Positions 13,887 through 25,800 of a DNA stretch of 64,000 nt are shown here, in pieces (position 1 is the first letter of the stretch; the number at the start of each line of letters is the position of its first letter). Under the pieces are notes generated by a model. It made no database searches. It worked only from the letters and a program-made list of their open reading frames with translations, and was not told the DNA's origin. This DNA comes from Lingula anatina (lineage: Eukaryota > Animalia > Brachiopoda). Location of the stretch: positions 434,001 to 498,000 of the forward strand of contig JBPQGU010000016.1 in the NCBI GenBank assembly GCA_051362555.1, given 5' to 3'. Made by a program: the position numbers and the translations under genes.

Positions 13887-14407
13887 ATATGTGAGCAAGT
13901 GGAACTTTTAAACTATTACAAAATCTTGTGACGTCATATAATACTAGAAAACGTGCGAGAATACGTGAAAGGTGTATTACCTTTTAGCAATAAGGATGAA
14001 ACCCGTGGAAAAAAAAACACAGCCAACATACAGTTTGTTCATAAAATGTTCTGATTCAATTTAGGAAATATATTTTATTTTACATTTGTTATTTTAATGT
14101 TTTTTCATATGAATTTGCAACTTTCTTAAAAAGGTTTATCAACATTTCCAAGTAAAACAAATTTAATTCTTCATTTCTTTTTATAGAATAATAAATTATA
14201 CTGATACCATACTTTAAAGGCTTCTAGCAGAATTTTCTCATACGTGTAGCTCTGGGCCCGTACATGTAACTCGAAAGCATGTCTTGGTAATTACTATTCT
14301 TGAGCAGGTATTATTTTTTCAATCCAATCAATACATATAAGCTTTTGTGTTCCACACGTGATAGAGCCCCACATGATAAAGAGTCCTGTTCCTATTAATT
14401 TGCACAG

Positions 14408-14595
14408 GTAAGTAAGCCTTGGCCTAGATTTTGACCCACCTACGTTAGGCTAACCCTAACCGGCATAATGTTATGGAGGGTGGACTTTCTGTTACACGGG
14501 CCCTCAGTTTCCTCACATATGCATAACATAGGCTTAAAACGCAGACCGTCAATGCCTTATTTAATCACGATATTTTCTTTCCAATCTATTTTCAG
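14408..14595 (+). other. 5'-UTR intron of copy 2
   Basis: Donor cacag|GTAAGT at 14408 and acceptor tctattttcAG at 14595. Both are conserved in reverse upstream of copy 5 (about 44943-45129), and the acceptor is conserved upstream of copies 6 and 7. Confidence 0.65.
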
Positions 14596-14652
14596 TTGAC
14601 CATAGAAAAAAGTCAAAAGGCAAGGACGCCACAGATAAATTAAACAGACAAG

Positions 14653-16069
14653 ATGGCAATGAACAATTGGGCAGTTGCTGTCCTTGCTGTTATTATCCTA
14701 GTTGTTTGCATTTCAATGATTATTTTTCGTCCCGTTTGTGAAACGAAATTGGGTCATTTATCAAAACACTTGAGTGATTCTATAAAAGAACGTCCATACA
14801 ATAACAGTTTGACCTCAGAATTTATTAAACGTCTTGGCACCGGGAACATAGACGCCGTCAATGAAGACCTTTTAGAACACTTAAGAGGGAAATGGATTCT
14901 CCCTCCTTCCAAGCTGTCCTATAATCTTTCCAAACCAAAGGCAACATACTGGGACCAAATGGGGCAATCAAAATTAGTAGATAAGATTCTGAAGCAACGC
15001 CGAAAAGGATTCTTCGTGGAATCAGGAGCATATGATGGAGAGGGTCATTCCAATTCTCTCTTCTTCGAGATTTCTCGAGACTGGAAAGGATTGCTTGTGG
15101 AGCCAAACCCGTGGTCCTTTGAAGTTCTTTTGAACAAAAACAGGTGGGGGTAGTTTACGAGAAGAAAGGAGATAGTCATCGCCTCTTTAGTGTAGCGGTG
15201 ATGTATGTGCTTTGTTGGATTTTTTTACTTCCAGTTGCCACAGTGCCTGATTATTTTTCTTCAGGAGCACATTAAGTGTACAGCGTTTTTTCCCATACAC
15301 ACAATCTTTTGTCTCATAGTGTTAAGAGAAGATGGCAGTCTCTCAGATTAAAAAAGTGAATAGAATGTCTCAAAGTTATTATTATTATTGGAAATTGATT
15401 GAACCACCAAGCTTTAAATTCGCGTCAATATGAATTTGGCATGCTGCTTTCTACGCTCATCTAAATTATATCCTTAACGACGATCAAAATGTGCATTCAA
15501 GATATAGAATGAAAGTCTTTACTGATCGACATGTTCGTTTTGCTGATCTTGAATATATTACATGTGCCAAAAAAGTTCGTTTATTTCCCTCGTGACCTGG
15601 CTAATATCTCTTATTTTAAATTCTTTCCAGGAAAACTTACGCTGTAAATTCGTGCTTAGCAACGGGAAGTAGTCCCGCAAAGGTTGATTTTACGTATGCT
15701 CAGGAGATAGGAGGAATACCGAAACACAGCCATGTAATTCCTAAAAGGGAACAAAACTTGATACAAGGAAAAAGTCGCATACAGTGTTTTCCCATTCGCT
15801 CTCTCCTGGCCGCCATCGGCCGGAATCACGTAGACTACTTTACCTTGGACGTAGAGGGTGCCGAAATAGACATCCTCAAATTGTTTCCATGGCAACACGT
15901 CACCGTGGACGTGTGGACGATAGAGTACGCAGTTCACGGCGGAGGTCCTGATACGCCAAAACGTGAGAAAGCAATCAGGGAGATATTCAAAAATACAGGA
16001 CTCTACAGGGAAGGTACCATTCTGGGAGGACAAGATATAGTGTTTGTTAGAAATGACGTGCCACAATGA
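14653..16069 (+). CDS. Star-like FkbM/Methyltransf_21 family type II membrane protein, copy 2 (intact, 309 aa)
   Basis: Exons 14653-15143 and 15631-16069 total 930 nt with a GT-AG phase-2 intron. N-terminal hydrophobic anchor WAVAVLAVIILVVCISMIIF. Motifs FFVESGAYDGE-SNSLFFE-W-GLLVEPNP and VDYFTLDVEGAE-IL-FPW. Confidence 0.9.
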
Positions 16070-17911
16070 ACAAGCAATCACGAGCAAGTTACAAATGGAA
16101 CTGTACTTTATATGAACTTTTCACGCGATACAACACAATGATAGCGTTTCTCAGAACGTACTTAAAAAAGAGGAGATCAGCAATACGTTACAAATTAGAT
16201 TATTCTGTTTAGTTTTCACGTGATACAATATAATGTACTGTTTGATGTTTGTCAGGAAGGAATATTATAGTGAAAAAGCAGCCATGCGTATGGTTGTGTA
16301 CATGTATATCTTGAATTTAGCATTCAGCGGGATAATGTTTTTGTCGGTATATATGTTTATAAACATGCTTAAAATTAATATCGATACTGGGGCACCACAT
16401 TTATGTAGGTTTTGTGACATTAATTAATGAAATCATAAAATAGTTTCTCAAAACAATCATGGTCCTCATGCTTTTCTCTATATAAATTGCAATTACACTC
16501 TGTCATCATGGGGCCTTTTACTGAGGAACCTGCAGTAATCCAGCCCAAAGGAGGTACAATTGATTAAAACTATGAAAAAAGAAGACCGTTCGAGTTCACG
16601 TCAAACCAGGATATAAAAGTAGTAAGTCACATAAATGAGGACGTGTGAATAGGCCAGTTTTGCAATAAAAAAGTAACACATAACCAAATGTTTTCACATT
16701 CAAATGCTTTATTTTAGTCGACAAATTATATAACAGTTTTCTCATAACATGGGTAAGAAGTGACACAATATTCTACGCACTGAAAAATGCATTCACATAT
16801 TAACATAAGCTAATAAAAATGTTACTAGCTGTATAGTATTTCACAAACCGGCCATGAATGTTGTTAATGAATACTAAAATACAGACTGATGGAACAAAGG
16901 CAAATAGTAATATATATGGTGATTTCACAAACCGGTCAATATAGTGGATCGCCCTTGCCCCGTCAGATTTTGTAGTTGATGCAATTATAAAAATATTTGG
17001 CGTGAATATGATACGTGTCACTAAGGCTTTCTTTGTCACTTAAACAACATTCTCTCTGATCGTCATCAATATCATCATCTGGAGAATTTGTCAAGTTGCC
17101 ATGGAAACAGGATGTCATTTGCACACTAGAATGGTTCCAATATTTGGCCAGGGCATCGTTCTGTAGCACAAAACGAAAACTCAGGAAATTTTGTGAAGGC
17201 GAATTCACATGAACTCGACCGGACACTAACTATAAAAAGTTCATCACAATTACAATAGGGCAAAATACACTTATGTAGGTAGAATATGTTTGTGTTTAAA
17301 AAAAAACATTTATTTTGGTTCCAAATTTAAAGAATTTTGGTAGCTATGTCAAAAGCGAAAATATATTAAAAACTGCCAAAGATAACTGATACACACGTAT
17401 TAATTTAAGATGTGAAACTCTAGATACACAAAAGTATGATTACCTGAAAGGTCACTGCTTATTATGTTAGGCCAGAGACAGCCTCAAGTTCACTGAGAAA
17501 ATAAAATATTGCCACTGGTTCAGACATGCAAAGTGTAACGAACAGTAGCTGTGTTTAGATATCATTCCGAAATACATACCAATAAAATAGCCCTTTCATC
17601 AACATCTGTGTTCATCCGAGTGTACACGGATCTTCATCAATATCTGTTTACATCCAAGTGTACAGGAGGCGTCGTTCTAATTTCAGTATACTGTATATAA
17701 GACATGTGTAACTGACTCAAATTTTGTATAAGCTTTGAATAAGAATTAAAAGTTCGAGTTTCTTTATTACATGAAACTATGACTAAAAGACTTAGGAGTT
17801 GGCAGAGGTACAAAATAAGTGGAAAGACGGTAGATCATTTATCATTAGCAACCTGCCCCGTGATATCCTGGATTCATCCATTGGCTGTCAATTGGACCAA
17901 GGACCTGAGAA

Positions 17912-17932
17912 CCCCCCCCCCCCCCGCGCGCG

Positions 17933-17972
<40 letters not shown>
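17912..17972. repeat. Compound poly-C/(CG)n/(CA)n microsatellite
   Basis: Direct reading of the sequence. Confidence 0.9.
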
Positions 17973-17975
<3 letters not shown>

Positions 17976-19097
17976 GATTCAGCCTTTGCCCATTACATAA
18001 TTTCACTGTAACATATGCATCCACTTGTGTGGATGAAAATGACAATATGAATACAATTTTTGTGAATATGCTATTAAACAATCACGATGAGTAAGACTAT
18101 TTACTTATTTACTAAAAAAACTGCCCCGTGATATCATTACAAGAAGGTAGAAAAACAGACCAAGCTCTTAAAACGTTTCATACCAAATATTATAGCCAAG
18201 ACTTATGGAATAAAATGATTTGCTAGGTTTTATACTTACTGGTATATGAGTATGTTGGAAAAAACAGGAGCCCCCCTATCGCACGCAGGTTGGAAACTGG
18301 CAGATGACGATAAATAAACTTATAGCTACACATTATTATAAAAAGCAGGGCATATAATATGCCACCAATGAATTAATTATGGTGTTGTGTCTTTTCAGCA
18401 CATGCTTAATCCAGTCTAACCTAAAACAACGTGGAATGTTCAAATGTATTTTGTCAAATTTATTAATTATTTGGTTAAACATTTTGTTTTAGCTATTAAT
18501 AAAGATAACTATCAGTTTGATAAAATATTTTATCCATCACTCAGCCCAGTCAGGACTTGGGTACTAGTAATAATTAATATTAATACCATAATCTCTCCAA
18601 AACTGAATTAAAATACATTCACTCTCTCACTATGTATGCTGTAACAAAAGTTTTGATACTCTAAATATGCCAATTTAGGTTCATGTATAAGATGGAAAAA
18701 ATAATGTGGAAACCAAGCTACTAGCAGCAGCAGCGGTTTCTGGTCACATTTATGGTTATTTAGATACTAGACGTTCAGTAAAATAAGATATAATTTGATC
18801 TTCTTTTTAAATAAATGTTTACACTTCACAGTGACTAACATATATTATTATTAATATTCATTTCTTTTTTAAATGCGTTCTTTCAATTTCTATATTTTGC
18901 TTAGATGGAAAACTATTCATTGTGTGAACTGAATTGAAGACCACTTTAAACTGCTGGAGGGGTGTTGTAGCCTATTCGATCAGACGAATTATAAAATTGT
19001 CTTTTGTTTAACAAAACCTTTTAGTACTTAGCCATATATATTTTGTTAATAAGAGGTATCACCTAAAATCATTTAACACCCAAACCCAATATAGAAG

Positions 19098-19264
19098 CAG
19101 GGGCGGATCCAGAGATATTTTCTGACAGTCTTCCAAATTATATTTGTTGGTCCATCCTCCATTTTGACCGTCTTCTGACAAAAAACATTAGATACCCGTC
19201 AATGTAAACTTCAAAATTAGACCGTCTTCTGGAAGACCCGGAAAACGGCCTAAATCCGCCCCTG
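19098..19264. mobile_element. MITE with CAGGGGCGGA termini
   Basis: TIR CAGGGGCGGAT / ATCCGCCCCTG with TAGAAG repeated on both flanks. A related partial copy lies at about 1848-1930. Confidence 0.7.
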
Positions 19265-20648
19265 TAGAAGTGCAATTGAGGTCACTGGCATGCTCTAAAA
19301 ATATTTAGTGCACAGATTGCAAACTGTCTGATTATTTTAGGGTCCTACGTGAAGAAGTTTGTAAAAAAAAGTTTCACTCTCCGTGAACCATGAATAATAA
19401 AAAATAATTCAGCTTCTATCCCCAAAAAAAGGAACATACGTTACTGTCACAGATGCAAAAAGTTCAACTATGAAACGTTATATTCACTTTGAAAAATTCA
19501 ATTTCATCAAAAACTGCTACTTTGTATGTGCATACACTAGACCGTCACTCTCTTACCAACTGGAGAAATGCCACGCGGTATTATACTGGCACTGTGGCAC
19601 AGTGTATCCGGGCTTATCATTATTTTGTAAGTGATTGGGATATCTCTAGTCACAGAAATAACACAAGTCTCAGTTAGTTTCCAGAGTCTGTATTGAACTA
19701 TTTTCCCCGATAAATGAAACACCTAAACAGAGTCCGCTCATACAATTGGGCCATCTCCCCGTCTATCAGTTATGTCAGAATATTACGACGAACACTAATT
19801 GTCTCTCATCCATACATACACAATGAGTGGTATGTGTAACATCATAGGTCGCATTCAACGATCTTCCCATGTTAATGTACGATCTCAACTACCGCATCCA
19901 CTCCCCTCCAGCGGAGGCTATTTGCGCGTCAAGGCAATGCAAACCTAACCACAACCGTACTAGCGTCCGGTAATGACCCGTTACAAACATGACCTGAGAA
20001 GTATGACATAAAATCCTGAGCGCCTTTGTTCTAGCAAAAGCGGCATTATTCATTGAAATATTAAATAAAACGCTAGTAAATCATTCCCGTTAAAGCATTT
20101 TAGGAAACAACGCCAAAACTATTACTGTGCTAAAAAAAAAGTAGAAAACGCAAATTTACGAGCTATGTCGGTAGCGCTTAACGGCATTAACCGGAAGCTA
20201 AACTTTTTAACGTACGTAAAGCCCCTTTTACATACCATTATAGTAAACTTGAAACTTACTTTAAACTATAAAGTAGTAATTATTTACTATGCTTACTTTC
20301 TATACTGTTTCGCTGGCCCGTTTACTCTAATTTTCCTCCGTTTTTCTTCGATGAGAAATTGACTACTGTATACTGCTCTACGTTAACTTAAAGACAAATG
20401 CGAGGTCAGCGGATGAGACTAAGAAAACAAGGGAATTTTAGTGACCAATAATAGTTGCTTTCGCTCATCAAAGAGATCTGGCCACCCTTGACGTCAGTAA
20501 CCGCACCCAACCACTGTTAGAAAACAAAGGGACATCGGTCTCTCCCTTGTCCTCTATTGTGCTGCCTCTCACATCTATCGCAATACTTACAACAGCACCT
20601 GTTAAACTGCCCGACATTTGCTTCAAGAGCACCTTGGCTGTCATCCTA

Positions 20649-20862
20649 GGGCGCATTCCCATAGATTTTAGATCGATCTATCCCCATGGGGAGTCTCACT
20701 AGTGTACTGTCAGATAATCCGGCTTAAATGTCCGTCCCGCCTACTACAAGCTGTAAGGGGGTAATTAACTTTCGTGCCCGCTCGGCTGACAGCTATTTAG
20801 CGTGAACCCCCAGGGAGTAGGTCGATCTAGATGGATCGATCTAATCTCTGGGAATGGGGTCC
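20649..20862. mobile_element. Tourist/Harbinger-like MITE, second copy at about 60525-60740
   Basis: Imperfect TIRs (cattcccataga..ttagatcgatc / gatcgatctaatctctgggaatg) and a TA(G) duplication. The empty site is visible in the paralogous 3' region at about 40540 (catcctcgagttcaatgg). Confidence 0.75.
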
Positions 20863-22461
20863 TAGAGTTCAATGGCTTTACACATCTTATATGCGCGCTT
20901 ACACGATTCACTATTGAATAAACGTGAAAAGTGCAGTTTTCCTTCAAACACACCACGGCGTATAGACCTATTAACTTTGATAGTTACTCATAAAGTGCCT
21001 GTCACATTCAGTTTTACGTGCTTTTCTGAACACATGTACAGCTGTTGATTGTACCACTACGGCACTATGTCTGCACGGACCAAAATCAACATTTTTCTAT
21101 CATTCTTATTGTAGAAATTTAGAAATACACGTGGAAAATTAGAAATAGAGTTCCAATTGTAACATATACGTATTCAGGATTGCTTTTTTTATTGTGGCAC
21201 ATCCTTTCTGACAAACACTATATCTAGGTTCCTTAGAATGGTACCTTCCCTGTAGAGTCCTGTATTTTTGAAGATCTCCCTGATTGCTTTCTCACGTTTT
21301 GGCGTACCAGGACCTCCGCCGTGAACCAAGAACTCTATGGTCCACACGTCAACAGTGACATGTTCCCATGGAAACGATTTAAGGATTTCTATTTCGGCGC
21401 CTTCTACGTCCAAACTAAAGTAGTCTACGTGATTCCGACCGATGGCGGCCAGGAGAGAGAAAATGGGAAAACACTGTATGCGACTTTTTCCTTCTACCAT
21501 GTCTTGTTCATCCTTAGGAATTACAGGGCTGTGCTTTGGTATTCCTCCTATCTCCATTGCGAAGGTAAAATCGACCACTGAGGGACTGCGACCCGTTGCT
21601 AAGCAGGTATTAACAGCGTAAGCTTTCCTGGAACGTAAGATAAACAGTCAACACAAGAAACGAGGAAATAAACAAACATTCTCTGCTACGTGTACGTAAT
21701 ATATATTAAAGATCAACATATGAATAAATTGATCAGTAAATGTTGTAATGTTCTAATGGTCTAATACATATTTTAATTGATATTAAATATAGAATTTAGA
21801 TATTCATATTGACAGGAATTTAAATTCTGAAGGTACAATTAACTACTAGTATCAATAAAACACTTTGTGGCAGTCTCTTCACTTTTATCTGTTAGACTGT
21901 TATCTTTTCTTAAAGCTACTATAAAAGAAAGAATGTATAGTAGCGGCGTACATTTAACGTATATCCACCTGATGAAAATGAATTTGTTATTGTGACAACT
22001 GGAAGTAAAAAATCCAACAAAATACATGCATCATCGCTTCACTAAAGAGGCAATGACTATCTCGTTCTACTCGTAAACTACCCTTACCTGTTTTTGTTCA
22101 AAAGAACTTCAAAGGACCACGGGTTTGGCTCCACAAGCAATCCTTCCCAGTCTCGTGAAATCTCAAAGAAGAGAGAATTGGAATGAGCCTCTCCATCATA
22201 TGCTCCTGATTCCACGAAGAATCCTTTGCGGCGTTGCTTCAAAATCTTATCTACCAATTTTGATTGTCCAATTTGATCCCAGTGTGTTGCCTTTGGGGTG
22301 GAAAGATTGTGTGGCAGCTTGGAAGGAGGAAGAATCCATTTCCCTCTTAAGTGTTCTAAAAGGTCTTCATTTAGGGGGTCTATGTTCCCGTTTCTTAGAC
22401 GTTTAATGAACTTCGTGGTCAAACTGTTACTGTGTGGATGTTCTTTTATAAAATCACTCAA

Positions 22462-22626
22462 TGTGATGTTCTTTAAGATGTTCTTAGATTCAAACCAACA
22501 AGACACCAAGTCTGATTTCCCAGCACCATACTTTATTCTTCAAGTCTCCAGTATTCTCCCGAGATCACAACACTCACAACACTGATATTCTCTAACACAA
22601 TACTGAGCTACTGCACATTTACTACA
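22462..22626 (-). repeat. 3' LTR
   Basis: Same sequence as 26911-27075. It contains AATAAA on the minus strand and is preceded by the PPT. Confidence 0.95.
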
Positions 22627-22865
22627 TCTCTCCCTCTTGAGATATGCACCACAATGACTTTAAATGTGCAATTTTTTTTCTTTTTACTTATATAATGACA
22701 AAACTAAATAAACTAAAATGTTACAAATACTCAGAGGCACTCTAAATAATCACTTCAGAGTGTAAACAGATCAACAGTTCTCATTAATCCTTTAACAGTC
22801 CTTGGTCATCTTACATGTAAGACAATATGTCTCTAGAAAATTTTAATGACAGTAATATTTCTCAG

Positions 22866-25800
22866 TCAAGTGTAAGTTAGTCTCTCAGGTGCTTTGCGCT
22901 CCCTTTGTGGATATCTGCGAACTGGTTGTTTATCAACAGTAGGACTAGCCTCAACATCATCAGATACAAATGTACTGCTAGCTTCAGATTTGTCAGGTAA
23001 TTTTGCATCACTATTGTCCATTGTATCACCTGATTCATGCTCAATTTGAACAGGTTCTGAATAAAACCTTGGCTCAGGTTGCTCAAATTCAGTCTTTGTT
23101 TGATTATCAGATTCAACATTTTCTCTCGAAGGTAGTGTCACATTAACTTCATCAGAAAATGGCATTTCATTTGAAACAGTGGGACCAATTATATGATCAA
23201 TATGCACAAAGCGTTTCGATCTGCCAATTTGTACAACATATGTCTGAGGTCCACAAACTTTCACAATGCAACCAGAAACCCATTTCTCTTGCCCCCCTCT
23301 GAAATTGCGAACTCTGACCTTATCATACAGGTTAAAGTGACGCGACTTGGGACGTTTGTCATGATACTGACATTGCTTTTCCTGTTTTGTTTCAACAGAC
23401 ATAGAAAGGCTGGGTTTCAAAAGAGAAAATTTTGACCTAATCTGACGCTTCATGAACAATTCAGATGGACTGACACCAGTTGTTGAATGCGGAGTTATTC
23501 TATACAGCATCATTAACTGGGATAATCTCAGACTGCGGGAACCTTCCCTATTCTCTAACATATGTTTTGTTAGCCCTTGTTTGATAACTTGCACTGAACG
23601 CTCAGCGGCACCATTCGTGCTTGCATGGTACGGAGGTATAAGTTTGTGATTTATTCCATTCATTTCACAGAATTTACGAAACTCCCCTGAGGTAAACTGT
23701 GGTCCATTATCTGACACAATAATCTCAGGCAAACCTGCTCTTGCAAACCACGAACGTAAAACATCAATTGTTTTCGAAGCAGTAGTAGATTGCATTTCTT
23801 CTACTTCTATCCACTTCGAATATGCATCAATCAGTATCAAATAAGAACGATTGTCTTTCTCAAAGAAATCAATATGGACCCTCTCCCACACACGTGAAGG
23901 GAAAGACCATGGGATCAGTGGTGCAACAGCTGGCAAGGCTCTGTTTGATTGACATTCATCACATCCAGAGACCAAAGACTCAATTCCAGAATCTAGTCCA
24001 GGCCACCACAAATACCCTCTAGCTAAGGACTTCATTCTAACAATCCCATGATGTTCTTCGTGTAATTCACGAAGTAAACGGTCACGATAACAAGGTGGTA
24101 TGATGACACGTAATCCCCAAAGTATGCAACCTTGGTCAACAGTAAGTTCATTTCTGCGTCTAAAGTAAGGCATCAAAGAATCATCTTTGACATAGCTTGG
24201 CCAACCATTAAGAGTGAAATCATACACTCTGGACAAGACTGGGTCCTTCATAGTGGCTTTGCTAATATCACTCGCTTTCACAGGTAATTCTTCTGTGAAA
24301 GACACACAATGGACAACAAACTCGTTATCCTCACTAGGCTCAGAATTTTTATTTGGTAACCGTGAAAAGCAATCTGCACTTGCATTGTCAGCAGACTTTC
24401 TATATTTTATCTTGTAATTGTAAGCTGACAGAATCAAACTCCAGCGTTGCATTCTAGCTGCAGCTAATGACGGTATACCAGTATGTGAATTGAATATTTT
24501 CACAAGAGGCAGATGGTCTGTAATAAGAGTAAACTCTCTTCCATATAAATACATGTGGAATTTCTTCACACCAAATATGATGGCTAAAGCCTCTTTCTCA
24601 ATTTGAGCATAATTCTTTTCTGCTTTAGAAAGAGTACGAGAGGCTGTTTCAATGGGGCGTTCAGAACCATCTTCCATAATATGACTTATGACTGCACCAA
24701 TCCCCACTGATGATGCATCACAAGCTAATACGATTGGCCGTTTAGGATCATAGGGTGTGAGACACGACTCTGCAGAAATAGCAGACTTGGCAGCATTAAA
24801 TGCAGCATCACACTCTTTTGTCCAGTTCCACTCTACATTTTTGCTTAAGAGCCTGTTTAGTGTGGACACCTGAGTAGACATGTTCTTTATGAATTTCCCA
24901 TAAAAGTTTAACATTCCCAGGAATGACTTGAGCTCTGAAACATTTTCAGGCTTGGGCATATTCATGATATTTTCTATGTTCTTGGCACTTGGATGTATAC
25001 CACTTTCATCCAGTGTATGACCAAGAATATCAATACGTTTCTGAATGAAACTACACTTTGACAAACGCGCACGGATATTGTACTGACGGAGTCTCTGCAG
25101 CACACGTTGTAGTGCTATGTAATGTTCTTCTACTGTGTCAGTAGTGATGAGTATATCATCAATAGAACAAGCAGCCTCCTCAATACCATCCAACACTTGA
25201 TCCATAACGCGTTGAAACTGCTGCGGAGCAGTCGTAATACCATACGGCATTCGCTCTGGGCGTAACAAACCAATCAAAGTGTTAATCGTGAGATATTGTT
25301 TTGACTTCTCACTCAATTTTAACTGGGAAAATGCTTCGCGCAAATCTATTTTAGATCTGAATTTCCCTTTTGCATGTTTGGCTAGTACTGACTGAATAGT
25401 TGGGAGTGGATATGGGTCTTTGTCTAGTACTGTATTAACTGTGACCTTATAGTCACCACATAACCTCAGATCCCCTGATGGTTTTACAACAGTGACTTGT
25501 GGACTCGCCCACTTACTACTTTCTACTTTGGTATAATGACCCTTCTCAACTGCCTCCAACAGCTGAGATTTGACCTTATCTTGCAGAGGGTAGGGTACAC
25601 TATAAGCTTTCTTGAATATGGGAGTTGTACCTTCAGGAATGTAAACATCTGCTTCAAAACTTTTGATTGACCCTTGACTTGGAGCAAATACATCTTTGTA
25701 TTGTGACAGAAGTGACTTTAACTTTGGGTCACTCTGTACAGAAAAGACATTGGACCAATCTAACTTTATTTTCTCTAACCAATTTTGCCCCAACAATGCA

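Noticed and set aside
14653-16069. Bacterial origin or contamination for the FkbM genes
   Set aside because: They have spliceosomal introns, a eukaryotic signal anchor and animal TE context. Star-like FkbM proteins are an established animal family.
16963-17690. Possible exons of another minus-strand gene
   Set aside because: The candidate exons contain stops or short repeats and give no recognisable protein.
22125-22406. Recurrent ORFs such as MAPQAILPSL... and MNCVLY.../MFPWKRF... found several times in the window
   Set aside because: They are antisense shadows of the Star-like exons and recur only because the genes are duplicated. Most start at non-ATG codons.
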